Shown here piece after piece: positions 1-9,391 of a stretch of DNA of 64,000 nt. The stretch is from IMG/VR virus record IMGVR_UViG_3300020419_000005, one strand, 5' to 3'. Under the pieces are notes generated by a model that was given only the letters and a program-made list of their open reading frames with translations, did not search any database and was not told the origin of the DNA. Both the position numbers and the translations under genes were made by a program. The stretch is from a virus. The first letter of the stretch is position 1, and each line of letters starts with the position of its first letter.

Positions 1-170
1 CCAAATGTAGAAAGTAATTCTTTCTCACTTGTAATATCAACTATCTTGTTGACAGGACCCTTTTCAAAGGAACCGACTATCACTGCCACATTATCTAGAG
101 TTGCATTTGCAACTGTTGTCAGATCCTTTTCAAGTACGACAACCCCTGGTGAAAGTTGGGTGGATGCCAT
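1..170 (-). CDS. gp18: Tail sheath protein, N-terminal fragment (runs off window)
   Basis: Manual translation from ATG at 170 gives MASTQLSPGVVVLEKDLTTVANATLDNVAVIVGSFEKGPVNKIVDITSEKELLSTFG, the typical T4 gp18 start (SPGV..E.DLT, G.F.KGPV). AGGAG Shine-Dalgarno at about 179-183; follows gp17. Confidence 0.93.
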   Translation of the reverse strand, partial: MASTQLSPGVVVLEKDLTTVANATLDNVAVIVGSFEKGPVNKIVDITSEKELLSTF

Positions 171-212
171 TGTTTAATTCTCCTTGAAAAATGCTTCCAA
201 TTTTACTAGAAT

Positions 213-220
213 TATTTATT
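213..220 (-). promoter_or_regulatory. T4-type late promoter (AATAAATA) for gp18
   Basis: NATAAATA on the minus strand about 45 nt upstream of the gp18 ATG; T4 late consensus is TATAAATA. Confidence 0.7.
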
Positions 221-260
221 AATACCGATCTTTCTGATGGGGAAACAAAACGTGAACTAT

Positions 261-491
261 CTACCAGTCAGGATAGTGAGATAATTTAATAGTTTTTTTA
301 TTCCTTCTACCTACCTGTACACGTTTTTTTGTACATTCTTTACATTCATATGCGTATGCAGATGGAAAGTTACCTCTGTCCTTTCTAGTTTTATAAAAGT
401 CTGCTATTAAATTCTTAGTTACTAAACATTTTCTACATCGCCTATCTACAAATAACAGGTGCTCTAATTCTAATTCATCTTCGAGGTTCAT
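261..491 (-). CDS. Small CxxC...CxxC zinc-binding hypothetical protein
   Basis: CRKC...CKEC motif; ATGA overlap with the gp17 stop; lies between gp17 and gp18. Confidence 0.75.
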   Translation of the reverse strand: MNLEDELELEHLLFVDRRCRKCLVTKNLIADFYKTRKDRGNFPSAYAYECKECTKKRVQVGRRNKKTIKLSHYPDW

Positions 492-2149
492 CCTAGTGAA
501 TTCCTATACTCCCACATAAAGGATGTTTCACCATAAGGATCAGCATTCCATACATTACCGTCATCATCCACATATGTTGTATCGTCCATACCATTATCAA
601 CAAACCCAAACGGAGCCATATCTGCTTCTATTGCTTCTCTTTGTTCTTCAAACATCTGAACACGTACATCATTATCGTGTAGTTCTTTGAAATATGGTTG
701 CACTGCTAACCAAGCAAACATAACAAGACACATAGCAAGGTCATCGTTACATCCTTCTTCTGCTTGCCAAGATGAACCTTTCTGAATAAAAGTAGTTAGT
801 TCTGATATAATATCATAATCACATAAGAGCATCTTATCATCTTCTATTAATTGTTTTAAGTTAGAACATCCAACCTTCTTAACAGCAGTAGACATCTTAA
901 CACCTAGTTGAACTTTACCACCAGAGAATCCCTGTCCTATTACCTGTCCTGCTCTACCACGCATAGCAGACATCAATACATTATCATACTCAAGATCATA
1001 CTGAAGTATGTCTGCAACCTGTGCTCCTACATCATTTACTTCTACTAAAACATATGCGTGGTTGTATGCGTTTGCTGTTTGAGATATAATATCTGGAAAC
1101 AAAAGGGGTTTAACTGTATTATTTCTATACTTAGCAACTAATTTATACGGAACTTCGGTAGTATCAAATAGACAGAACGCAGAATAATCTCCATCAACTC
1201 CGCGTGCTACGTCAACAGTCATTGTATATGAGTGACCTTTAATTGGATCTTCGTAAATATCTAGTCCCTTACTAGCGTGTAAGGCATCCTCATAAACCAT
1301 CAATCTTAATTTACTTGCGGAAATTAGTGTATCCACAGATCCTAGAAACTCACATTCAAACTCAACTCTGAACTGTGCTTCCGATGTGTTTGCTATAGTT
1401 TGCTCTTTCCACTTTGCATCTCTACCTGGAACTTGTGACCAGTGCACTTCTGTATTAATATATTCGTTCTTATTTCTTTCAGCATCGTGCCATATCTTAT
1501 AATACATATTCATCCCGTGAGGGGTAGATATGATAATAACTTTGGTATTTTTACCAGATGAGATAGTAGGATAAACAGAAGCAAAGAACTGTTCAGCAAT
1601 ATTATTCGGAACGAACGCAAACTCATCAAGGAAGATAATATTAAAGGACATCCCACGAACAGCAGAAGCAGAAGTAGATGAAGCAAGGAGACGAGATCCG
1701 TTCTCCAATTCGACTGACCCCTTGTTCCAACCAACAATACCCTGCTGCATCCATTTAGGAAGGTTCTCATAAGATAACTGTAAGCGTCCCAACATTTCTC
1801 TAGCAGTCGGGGCTTTGTTTGCGAGGATTGCGACATTGACATTATCGTTGAATATTACATACCATAAAAGATATGATGTTACAATGGTTGATTTACCAGA
1901 CTGACGTGGCAACTTTGCTATATTAAATCTATTCTCGTGAAAACTATGTACCATCTCCTCTTGGAAATCGTACATATTAAAAGGTATAACACCTTCATCT
2001 AGAGATACAATCTTAATATAGTTACGAATAAAATATGCAGGATTTTTACTACACTTAATAAACTCTCCAACTTGTTCTGGGGTGAAGTGAGTTGGTACGT
2101 TTGCCTTCTTAAGGTTTGGATTACCTAAGTATATTTGATTTTCTGCCAT
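488..2149 (-). CDS. gp17: Terminase large subunit
   Basis: YLGNPNLK start, Walker A-like PRQSGKST, Walker B IIFLDEFAF, STPHG coupling motif, nuclease residues DVARG and DDLAM. Confidence 0.98.
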   Translation of the reverse strand: MAENQIYLGNPNLKKANVPTHFTPEQVGEFIKCSKNPAYFIRNYIKIVSLDEGVIPFNMYDFQEEMVHSFHENRFNIAKLPRQSGKSTIVTSYLLWYVIFNDNVNVAILANKAPTAREMLGRLQLSYENLPKWMQQGIVGWNKGSVELENGSRLLASSTSASAVRGMSFNIIFLDEFAFVPNNIAEQFFASVYPTISSGKNTKVIIISTPHGMNMYYKIWHDAERNKNEYINTEVHWSQVPGRDAKWKEQTIANTSEAQFRVEFECEFLGSVDTLISASKLRLMVYEDALHASKGLDIYEDPIKGHSYTMTVDVARGVDGDYSAFCLFDTTEVPYKLVAKYRNNTVKPLLFPDIISQTANAYNHAYVLVEVNDVGAQVADILQYDLEYDNVLMSAMRGRAGQVIGQGFSGGKVQLGVKMSTAVKKVGCSNLKQLIEDDKMLLCDYDIISELTTFIQKGSSWQAEEGCNDDLAMCLVMFAWLAVQPYFKELHDNDVRVQMFEEQREAIEADMAPFGFVDNGMDDTTYVDDDGNVWNADPYGETSFMWEYRNSLG

Positions 2150-2841
2150 TAATTCTTACTCCAAGGTTTGTCAAATAAGACATTGTTTATATATTTATCT
2201 GCCCACTCGGTATTAAACCACTGTGATAATACTGCTTTAGTTTTTTTATTCTTTCTTTGGGATATACAATACCAAGTTTGATCATCCAATCTTTTCATTG
2301 TAGGTATCCAATGTGAGTGTGGGTCTTTCTTTCCTACCTTTACAGCATCACAATATATTTTTAAATACTCTTTAACTACATTGAAGTAATCATCTCTTGC
2401 TTCTTGATCTTTCAATCTAGCAAATTTACAGTGAGGTGAAAAGATCGACTCTGCCCATAAAGGCAAAGGTCTCTCATCTTTAAAATTATATTTTTTACTA
2501 ACTACAGAGAGTTGATCGTCGAGATCCATCCCGTGTACAGGAGACACATCGACAATAGCAGCAGTAATAGTTGTAGGCGTTTGGATAATGTCACAACCAA
2601 AAATAGGTAAAGAATATTCTGGATCTGGATAGAAGACACAATGAATAATTTCTATCTTGTCAGTATTCGCTCTTTCTAGATGTAATTTCCTTACTCCTTT
2701 ACATTTCCACATCTCATTGTGTATAGTCACTTTCTCGTGCTTTATTACACTATGGTCTGTTTCCTTGATCTGAAGATCAGGCAAGTCATCAATACTCGTA
2801 CGAATTAGATCCGCTAACGCATCACAAAGATTTTCTGTCAC
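2149..2841 (-). CDS. pcyA: Phycocyanobilin:ferredoxin oxidoreductase
   Basis: RKLHLE (His74/Glu76 equivalent), IHCVFYPDPEYSLPIFGCDI (His88, Asp105 equivalents), RPLPLWAESIFSPHCKFAR and C-terminal YC..Q.KN.KT..VL...F...WA..YI..VLFD, all typical of PcyA. Confidence 0.9.
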   Translation of the reverse strand: MTENLCDALADLIRTSIDDLPDLQIKETDHSVIKHEKVTIHNEMWKCKGVRKLHLERANTDKIEIIHCVFYPDPEYSLPIFGCDIIQTPTTITAAIVDVSPVHGMDLDDQLSVVSKKYNFKDERPLPLWAESIFSPHCKFARLKDQEARDDYFNVVKEYLKIYCDAVKVGKKDPHSHWIPTMKRLDDQTWYCISQRKNKKTKAVLSQWFNTEWADKYINNVLFDKPWSKN

Positions 2842-2843
2842 AG

Positions 2844-3308
2844 TTAACCTGCTACAAGTGTGCCAAATGATCTACGTATCTCACGTAGTTCCTCAAAGTT
2901 TTTTTGTTTTGTTCCACCGTCATATGCCCAAGCATATCCTTCGGTTATCATTTGTTCGTTGAGCGATACTTCAGCATCACCAATATATAACCAACCAAGC
3001 AAACGCCCATACTTACCCATCCCGCCTTTGAGTTCAGTTCGTATAGTAAGTTCAGACTCTCCATCAATAGCACCCTCTAATTTTTCTTTCATCCAATTAG
3101 TAGCATCTATACCCAACGCTTTCTCTTCTAAGTCACGAGTGCGTTTCTCAGGAGTATCGACTCCTGCTATTCTCACCCTTTCTTTTTTGTATAGATCAAA
3201 ACCTAGATCAATAGTAACATCGATAGTGTCACCATCAACTACTCGGTTTATCTCCGTCACTCGGAAGTTGTAGCAACTCTTCCTGCTTGGTGGAACCATT
3301 GCTCCCAT
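2844..3308 (-). CDS. Staphylococcal nuclease (SNase/thermonuclease)-like protein
   Basis: RVVDGDTI, RIAGVDTPE, GKYGRLLG and LNEQMITEGYA motifs. Confidence 0.88.
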   Translation of the reverse strand: MGAMVPPSRKSCYNFRVTEINRVVDGDTIDVTIDLGFDLYKKERVRIAGVDTPEKRTRDLEEKALGIDATNWMKEKLEGAIDGESELTIRTELKGGMGKYGRLLGWLYIGDAEVSLNEQMITEGYAWAYDGGTKQKNFEELREIRRSFGTLVAG

Positions 3309-3408
3309 CGTTCATCTCCATAAATGCCATCCTTAGTATATAGACGATATACCAAGTAACTAATACAACAAGTATTCCTACCATCCAGATGACACCCCAG
3401 ACAACCAT
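3235..3408 (-). CDS. Small single-pass membrane protein (57 aa, not in ORF track)
   Basis: MVVWGVIWMVGILVVLVTWYIVYILRMAFMEMND...; hydrophobic N-terminus; TAATG coupling with the upstream oxygenase stop at 3408. Overlaps the SNase start by 74 nt. Confidence 0.55.
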   Translation of the reverse strand: MVVWGVIWMVGILVVLVTWYIVYILRMAFMEMNDGSNGSTKQEELLQLPSDGDKPSS

Positions 3409-4025
3409 TAGTTTTGATTATGTATTATAGTATGATTTCCATACCACTGACCGTGTAATGGAAACTCACCAGTTTTGTTTATAGTTACATTGAACCCTAT
3501 AGAGTACTTTTGATCTAAAGATTGGTTCTGTGTTGTAGAATGTTCTAACCAAGATGGAAATAGTATTAGAGTATTAGGGAATGTTTCTACTGCCATCTCT
3601 TTATATGTACCATAACAATCCATTCTTGCCTGTACAAGTGGACTATGAAAATTAATTAGACCTTGTTCTGGACTTGTCTTATGGTAATAACATCCTGATA
3701 ACTCAAATCCAGGGTGCATATGTTGATTCTGATTAGAACCTTTAGGATATATATTCAACCACGACTCAGGTATCTTCCAATTAGTATGACCAATATAATG
3801 ATTGATACACTCTGCCATATAAGATTCTAGATTAGGTAATTCATATGAACACAAAAAATCCCTCCAATGATCTTGCTTGGAAGGATCGTCTCCAAAATGG
3901 AGAACTAATTGCTCTTTCTCTTGTACTTCACTTATAACATTATCCAACTCAGTTTCTATATCAGAGTCATCGTGTCTGAATCTTAGAACTGTAGATGGAA
4001 ATAAATCAATAACGTCAGGTTGCAT
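3408..4025 (-). CDS. 2OG-Fe(II) oxygenase superfamily protein (TIGR02466-like)
   Basis: SWLNIY...HMHPG..LSGCYY, LILFPSWLEH and KYSIGFN motifs. Confidence 0.85.
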   Translation of the reverse strand: MQPDVIDLFPSTVLRFRHDDSDIETELDNVISEVQEKEQLVLHFGDDPSKQDHWRDFLCSYELPNLESYMAECINHYIGHTNWKIPESWLNIYPKGSNQNQHMHPGFELSGCYYHKTSPEQGLINFHSPLVQARMDCYGTYKEMAVETFPNTLILFPSWLEHSTTQNQSLDQKYSIGFNVTINKTGEFPLHGQWYGNHTIIHNQN

Positions 4026-4047
4026 AATAAAGTTTCTGTTACACTAT

Positions 4048-5802
4048 CTATGACTTACGACAGTTCCATTTTTTAAGTGCTAATGCTTTACGAGTTGGTC
4101 TACCTTTCTCATCTTTCATAGGTCCTTCCATTCCACCCATTCTGGCACAAAAACTATTTTGTCTTTTATCTGCCTTACTACCTTTCTTTGGACTACCTGT
4201 CACAGGTGCTTTGAGATCTGAACCAGGATTCTCACGTTCGTAAGACTTTCTTCCTTTCTCATTTAACCCACCACTAGAATTTTTTCCTTCTTTACGTTGC
4301 CAAGCAGATTCCTTGAAACTCTTTAAACCACTTTTAAGATTGCTTGCCTTACCTGTCTTTGTGTGACCATACTTAGCAAGATCCTTATGTAGTTCTCTAT
4401 GCTGTGCTTTACTATCACCAGATCTTTTGTTTGACTGATCCATTCTTTTATTTTTACCAACAGGTTTATAACCACCTGTAGTATATCTTTTTTGATAAAA
4501 TTCTTCTTTATATGATTGCACTCTAGTCTTACCAAGAATGTATTTTGGATCATTCTTCATTGCTTTCTGTGCATCTGCCTCATCATTTTTATTCACATTT
4601 ATAATTGTCTTCCCACCTTTCTTACTTTTAGTGTGAGATATATTACCCATTTCTTCTTTTACTTCTTTTTTCTTTTTAGTTTTCTTAGTAAACGCTGCCA
4701 TAGCACCTGATGGTTTACCAGTTCCCTTGTAGAGACCATAAGAAGTTCCTTCACTTTTCATTTTTGCTTTTGCTGCTTTGATTCTATCAAGAAATGCTTG
4801 TCCACCTTTTTCTTTCTTGATCTCATCATCAGTCCTTGCTCTACCCATACTATTATTCTTAGCATATAATTTACTCTGCATAGAATTAACGCTAGTCATT
4901 CTACTTTCTTTGTACATACTAATCAATTCATTTCTTGCTTCTCTCTTACTTGGTTTACGATAGCGACCAACTTCTGTGACCTTACCATCTTTACCGTAAT
5001 GAGTTCCTCTCTTTCTATTGACGTGATCTGTCATTGCAGTATCTACCTCTTTAGTGCTTCTAGCATACTGAGTAGACTTATCTTTTAAATTAACTTTCTC
5101 TAATTGTACTTCTTCCTTGTGTGTCTTACCAGGCATCACAGTTCCATCAGGCATCTTGTGTGCGTTCTTGTCTTTTCCGTATGTGATACAAGGATCTTGA
5201 CCACATCCACAATTCTTTTTACCCTCCCCTAATTGTACCTCTTCATTTTTCTTCTTACTTACATCCATTATCGCACCTTTACCATACTTATCAGTTATGC
5301 TTTTTTTAACCATCTCAACTGCTTTAGCACTATTCTTTTGCTGTCTTAACATACGTGCTTTTCTTTGAGCATCAGTCTCATTGTTTCTTGTATGGTTAGC
5401 AGTAGTTGCATCAGATTTTTTAGGTGAACTTGGATCACCACCTGCCATTACAATATTATCTTTATACCTATCATATCCTTCTTCACTCATAGATCTTATT
5501 GCCATCTTCACTTTCTTACCTGCTGAATATGGATTCTCTTTCTGCTGTCTTCTCTTAGTGTCTGCTTTTATAGACGACATCTTCAAAGCATTAGAAAGTT
5601 TAGCACGCTTACTATTGTACTTTGGTTTATTTTTAAACGTTGAATCAATCGCACGAGCAAGTTTTAATCGTGCTCCTACTCTAGGATCACCATATTCTTT
5701 TATGATCTCTTCTTTAGTAATTTTAGATTTCTTTTTCTTGTCGTCACTATGATCGCAACCACAAGATTCAGCATAGTTTTGGAATGATTGAAGATTAGTC
5801 AT
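4048..5802 (-). CDS. Lys-rich modular protein, probable internal head protein; C-terminal DUF6321-like module
   Basis: Basic segments separated by KEE/xxE motifs; C-terminal AWQRKEGK..GGLN.KGR...PGSDLK.P...SFCARM...KWNC module. Confidence 0.65.
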   Translation of the reverse strand: MTNLQSFQNYAESCGCDHSDDKKKKSKITKEEIIKEYGDPRVGARLKLARAIDSTFKNKPKYNSKRAKLSNALKMSSIKADTKRRQQKENPYSAGKKVKMAIRSMSEEGYDRYKDNIVMAGGDPSSPKKSDATTANHTRNNETDAQRKARMLRQQKNSAKAVEMVKKSITDKYGKGAIMDVSKKKNEEVQLGEGKKNCGCGQDPCITYGKDKNAHKMPDGTVMPGKTHKEEVQLEKVNLKDKSTQYARSTKEVDTAMTDHVNRKRGTHYGKDGKVTEVGRYRKPSKREARNELISMYKESRMTSVNSMQSKLYAKNNSMGRARTDDEIKKEKGGQAFLDRIKAAKAKMKSEGTSYGLYKGTGKPSGAMAAFTKKTKKKKEVKEEMGNISHTKSKKGGKTIINVNKNDEADAQKAMKNDPKYILGKTRVQSYKEEFYQKRYTTGGYKPVGKNKRMDQSNKRSGDSKAQHRELHKDLAKYGHTKTGKASNLKSGLKSFKESAWQRKEGKNSSGGLNEKGRKSYERENPGSDLKAPVTGSPKKGSKADKRQNSFCARMGGMEGPMKDEKGRPTRKALALKKWNCRKS

Positions 5803-5926
5803 TGTTATTATCAGGATTTCTTGGACAATTTTTTTCGTGTTTTTCCATCCACGTTTTTGGTCTCCAGTGTCCTTGAGGTGATGTCAAACCACAATGAGCA
5901 CATACCCACTGACCATTAGTATTCAT
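5795..5926 (-). CDS. Tiny zinc-finger-like protein (43 aa, not in ORF track)
   Basis: MNTNGQWVCAHCGLTSPQGHWRPKTWMEKHEKNCPRNP...: CxxC...HxxxC; fills the gap between the flanking genes. Confidence 0.65.
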   Translation of the reverse strand: MNTNGQWVCAHCGLTSPQGHWRPKTWMEKHEKNCPRNPDNNND

Positions 5927-5935
5927 TTCCACGGA

Positions 5936-6487
5936 TTAACCTCCGACAATTTGTACTTGTTCTACAACTACATCAGCAGAACCTGCTGTTAGTTTAACAG
6001 TTCTTTGCAACATAGGTACTGTGTTAGCAATTACATCAGCATCACTGATTGTGTATGCAGAACCTGCACCTGACGCATCAATATCTGTAGTGATTGTTAT
6101 GTCACCAACTGCTGTAACTTTCTTACCTGCTGATGCAGCAGATTCAAAGTCTGTTCCAAAACCATTTGTGTCACCACCATCTATAGTCTGAACAAAATCT
6201 CCTACAGCAAAACTGTGACGACCACCTGCTCCTGTACCGTGTCCACCACCTGCAACAGTAAATACTGCACCATTGGCATTAGTTCCACCAGTAATACTGA
6301 TATTTTTTGATTTACCTACTGAAAGCAAAACTGCTTCCCCTGCTGCAAGTGTAATAGCAGGACCGCTATCAAACTTTATGGTTGATGCAGATGCAGCATA
6401 TGCACGTACAACTCCACTTTTAACGACGATGTAAGCAGTACCTGAACCACTCACTGTCGTAGTATCTAAGACATTTAATACAGACAT
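5936..6487 (-). CDS. Hypothetical protein, likely virion-associated (Gly/Ala/Thr-rich beta protein)
   Basis: 183-aa ORF preceded by GATAAATA at 6516-6523. Confidence 0.7.
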   Translation of the reverse strand: MSVLNVLDTTTVSGSGTAYIVVKSGVVRAYAASASTIKFDSGPAITLAAGEAVLLSVGKSKNISITGGTNANGAVFTVAGGGHGTGAGGRHSFAVGDFVQTIDGGDTNGFGTDFESAASAGKKVTAVGDITITTDIDASGAGSAYTISDADVIANTVPMLQRTVKLTAGSADVVVEQVQIVGG

Positions 6488-6514
6488 CGACTTTTTGACA
6501 CAAGATTGTTTTTA

Positions 6515-6976
6515 CTATTTATCCTCTTTCTGTTTCTGTTTGAGGAATTTTGCAAGATCAGCAGTGCTACCAACAAACATTGTGTTGTTAGTAACGTTAC
6601 CTGATACATTACCTTTTGGACCTTCATCGAGTTCTTGCATCTTTTTCTGAAGGTCTATTAGTTTGTCCGTGGCATCTGCCACGTTCTTAATTAGATTACC
6701 TGCTACCTCATAGGCACGTGGTGAATCTGTTTGTTGTGATAGTTCTAGGATTCCGTCTACCGCTTCCTGTCCTTTATCAATTAACGAATACAAATTACCA
6801 CGAGTATATTCGTAGTCTTTTTTAACTGCTTCGTTTTGCTTTGCAGGTGTATCTTCTACTTTTGTTAGTGGAGGTTTCTCATCTTTAACGATGGATGTCT
6901 CTACATCAAGAGCGTCCTCGATACCGTCGAATTTACTCGTCGTTTCCTGTGGTTGCATTTCTTGATTTTCCATCAT
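6515..6976 (-). CDS. gp16: Terminase small subunit
   Basis: DYEYTRGNLY.LI.KG..A..GILE...SPRAYEVAG.LIK..AD..DKL.DLQKK and FVGSTADL motifs; follows gp15. Start trimmed from 7015; exact start uncertain. Confidence 0.92.
   Translation of the reverse strand: MMENQEMQPQETTSKFDGIEDALDVETSIVKDEKPPLTKVEDTPAKQNEAVKKDYEYTRGNLYSLIDKGQEAVDGILELSQQTDSPRAYEVAGNLIKNVADATDKLIDLQKKMQELDEGPKGNVSGNVTNNTMFVGSTADLAKFLKQKQKEDK
6516..6523 (-). promoter_or_regulatory. Late promoter (GATAAATA)
   Basis: NATAAATA about 30 nt upstream of the 6487 ATG. It is the nearest such motif I found upstream of the run that includes pcyA and gp17. Confidence 0.6.
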
Positions 6977-7730
6977 TGAATTCACTGTATATTTCGTTGA
7001 AACCAAAATCATCATCTGGGTCAGAGGTGAGTGGGTCTGGTTGGACCGTGTATCTCATTTCACGAGGTGCACTAGATTTACTGTCAGTAGCAGTATCGAC
7101 GATTGCCTTACGTATAAGGTCTTTCTCACCGTCAAGAACGGGACCGTAGATGTATGTTTTGCAAGTAAAACTTAGTGTATATATTAAAGTTCTTCGTGTT
7201 GTATAATCTCCTTCATAATCATCATCGTAAGATATTGTATTTAAAACTGTGGGAAAATCTTTTTTCTCCTGTAACTGATCGTTCAGTTGTACAGTGATAT
7301 TGAATGTGGGTTGGAAGTATGGAAGTATTTGTTCTAAGATTTGTAAACCGTCATCTTGATTCTTTGATAGTATTGCTAACTCAAAGTCAACGTTGTACGG
7401 TACTGGCATAAACGCTTTTTGTAGGTCAGTTCCAACAGCAGTCCTAACTCTCTGTGTTGGGGAGACCTTTCTGGTTGCGTCGTAATTGAAGCCAGAAATC
7501 TCAAACGAAATCCTAGGAAGCGTAATTTGAGTCGCATCTTTCCTAGTTAAATCTCCTACTTGTTGGAGTCTTGCTAAAAACTTTTGTTTAGGTCCGTATG
7601 CCAATGGCACTTTCATATATTCATATTCCGTAGCACTTTTCTTTCTACGGATTTCTATGTTATTAAACAAAGTACCGAATGCCACAACTGACTTTCGGAA
7701 TATTTCGTTGTATGTGTATGTACCTAACAT
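6933..7730 (-). CDS. gp15: Tail sheath stabilizer / tail completion protein
   Basis: FGTLFNNI, VPLAYGPKQKFLARL, LPRISFE, PVPYN and QILEQILPYFQP motifs. Confidence 0.95.
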   Translation of the reverse strand: MLGTYTYNEIFRKSVVAFGTLFNNIEIRRKKSATEYEYMKVPLAYGPKQKFLARLQQVGDLTRKDATQITLPRISFEISGFNYDATRKVSPTQRVRTAVGTDLQKAFMPVPYNVDFELAILSKNQDDGLQILEQILPYFQPTFNITVQLNDQLQEKKDFPTVLNTISYDDDYEGDYTTRRTLIYTLSFTCKTYIYGPVLDGEKDLIRKAIVDTATDSKSSAPREMRYTVQPDPLTSDPDDDFGFNEIYSEFNDGKSRNATTGNDE

Positions 7731-8596
7731 TAATTTGCACCTCCAAAGTCACCAAAGGGATTACCCTCTGAAAAATCTATGATACCATCTGCGATGGTCT
7801 CAAACGAACTATTAGAATCATATTCGCTTGATGTATTATTTAGGGTATTATATGATGCAGTCGTCCAAGCAGCACTTGATGACTGTCCTGTTACAGTTTC
7901 TGGTATGGTGAATATACCAGTTCTATTAAAGACTTGTAACTGTCTGTTAGCAGAATCCCAAGACTTAACCTCTGCTGTAATATTAGAGGTTCCACCTGCT
8001 ACTATCTCACCGACTGTAAAGTCTCCAGTTCCACCTGTAGCAAAATTGACAGTGATAGATACAGAAAAGTCTTGTTCGATTTGATCGATTGCAGTAACTC
8101 CTGTATCGAACTGCTCGTCGCTGAACTCGAATAGTTCACACTTAAGACCCCATACGTGGATCTTTCCTAACTGGTAGAAAGGTTGTTCGTGCTCAACAAA
8201 CATAATCTTGAATATTTTATTTGCCATAGGGAAGTAAACCAAGTCTCCTTCGTTAGGTCTTCCTTCTACAATCAGTTGTGCATTGTCATCAACTGCTTCT
8301 GTAAATCTTTTTCTTGATATTATAAACGTAACTTGATCAGAAATCCTTACACCAAACTTAGTAAAGAGATCACCATCACCAGTAAATCCAGTTGGATCTT
8401 CAATATATGCTTCTATCTCATAGGCATCATCAAATTTAGACAAAGCATCTTCAGTAAATGTTGTATCTTCATTTACTAAAGTTCTAGGCATATAGAAGAC
8501 ATTCTTTCCAAACATCTTTATCTGTTCTATAACAAGATTCTCTATAAGATCTTGTTCCCCAGTTGTGCCTTGTGTAAAGTATGAATTAGTTGCCAT
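7730..8596 (-). CDS. gp14: Neck protein
   Basis: EQDLIENLVIEQIKMFG..V.Y.PR, RPNEGDLVYFP, VEHEQPFYQLG and DFSEGNPFG motifs. Confidence 0.95.
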   Translation of the reverse strand: MATNSYFTQGTTGEQDLIENLVIEQIKMFGKNVFYMPRTLVNEDTTFTEDALSKFDDAYEIEAYIEDPTGFTGDGDLFTKFGVRISDQVTFIISRKRFTEAVDDNAQLIVEGRPNEGDLVYFPMANKIFKIMFVEHEQPFYQLGKIHVWGLKCELFEFSDEQFDTGVTAIDQIEQDFSVSITVNFATGGTGDFTVGEIVAGGTSNITAEVKSWDSANRQLQVFNRTGIFTIPETVTGQSSSAAWTTASYNTLNNTSSEYDSNSSFETIADGIIDFSEGNPFGDFGGAN

Positions 8597-9390
8597 TATC
8601 CAATCATATCCATTGGTGGAGTTTCGTATGTATTACGAAGTTGTTCATCTAACTGTTGAAGTTCTTCTACAGCATCACTGTAGATCTTCTCACCATTTAG
8701 AGTAACACCACCAGGAAGTTGAACGTTTTGGAACTTAGTTAAATTTGTTCCCCAATATTTCTTAATCATTGCTGTAGTATAATCTTTAACCCACATCTCA
8801 TTATAGATCTTTGTAAAGTTAACTGGATCTAATGCACGAACACAATCCATAACAATATACTCACCTTCACGAATATCAGTCTGGGTATCAAAGTCAATAT
8901 ATAAACGACCTGTTGTATGTGCAAATCTTGTAGGTTTCATTCCTTCTAATAAGAAATTAATAGTCTCAAGATGAGTCTGAATCATATAGTAATGATAGAA
9001 CTGTGTTGATGTAAAATCAAACAAGTCATTCAATCTTAACTGATAACGAATGTCAAACATATTAGCAGTACCTTTATCTTGGAAAGTAAAGATTCCATTC
9101 ACTGCTGTTATATAATCTGGTAATTGTAAGTAGTTATTTTGATATTTAAAATCAACACCATTTACTGTTTCGGTACTATCTGCTTGAAACGCAGCGACTT
9201 CAGCAGCACTCATCTGATGTTTTAGATAAACTTTTTCTGCACCACCGTAATGATAGATTTGAAACTTCTCGATTACGTAATCGATAGCATCATCTATTTG
9301 ATCATCAGAAACGTTGACTTCTAGTACAGGTTTACCTAATCTGCGAAGTGCGTATTCTTTGAGTGTTGCTTTACTATTTGGAGTTGCCAT
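8596..9390 (-). CDS. gp13: Neck protein
   Basis: LRRLGKPVLEVNV..DQIDD and WG.NL.KF..VQLPGGVTLNG motifs. Confidence 0.95.
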   Translation of the reverse strand: MATPNSKATLKEYALRRLGKPVLEVNVSDDQIDDAIDYVIEKFQIYHYGGAEKVYLKHQMSAAEVAAFQADSTETVNGVDFKYQNNYLQLPDYITAVNGIFTFQDKGTANMFDIRYQLRLNDLFDFTSTQFYHYYMIQTHLETINFLLEGMKPTRFAHTTGRLYIDFDTQTDIREGEYIVMDCVRALDPVNFTKIYNEMWVKDYTTAMIKKYWGTNLTKFQNVQLPGGVTLNGEKIYSDAVEELQQLDEQLRNTYETPPMDMIG

Positions 9391-9391
9391 A

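Noticed and set aside
488-2149. Intron or intein in the terminase gene
   Set aside because: The ORF is continuous, 553 aa and of normal size, with no intein motifs.
2149-2841. pebS or pebA/pebB as alternative identity
   Set aside because: The HLE, HCVFYP and FGCDI motifs and the C-terminal YC..Q..N..T..VL pattern fit PcyA better.
6977-7015. Longer annotated start for gp16 (and likewise 61706-61744 for the early ORF)
   Set aside because: The extensions run deeper into gp15 or into a promoter cassette; downstream Met starts are more plausible.
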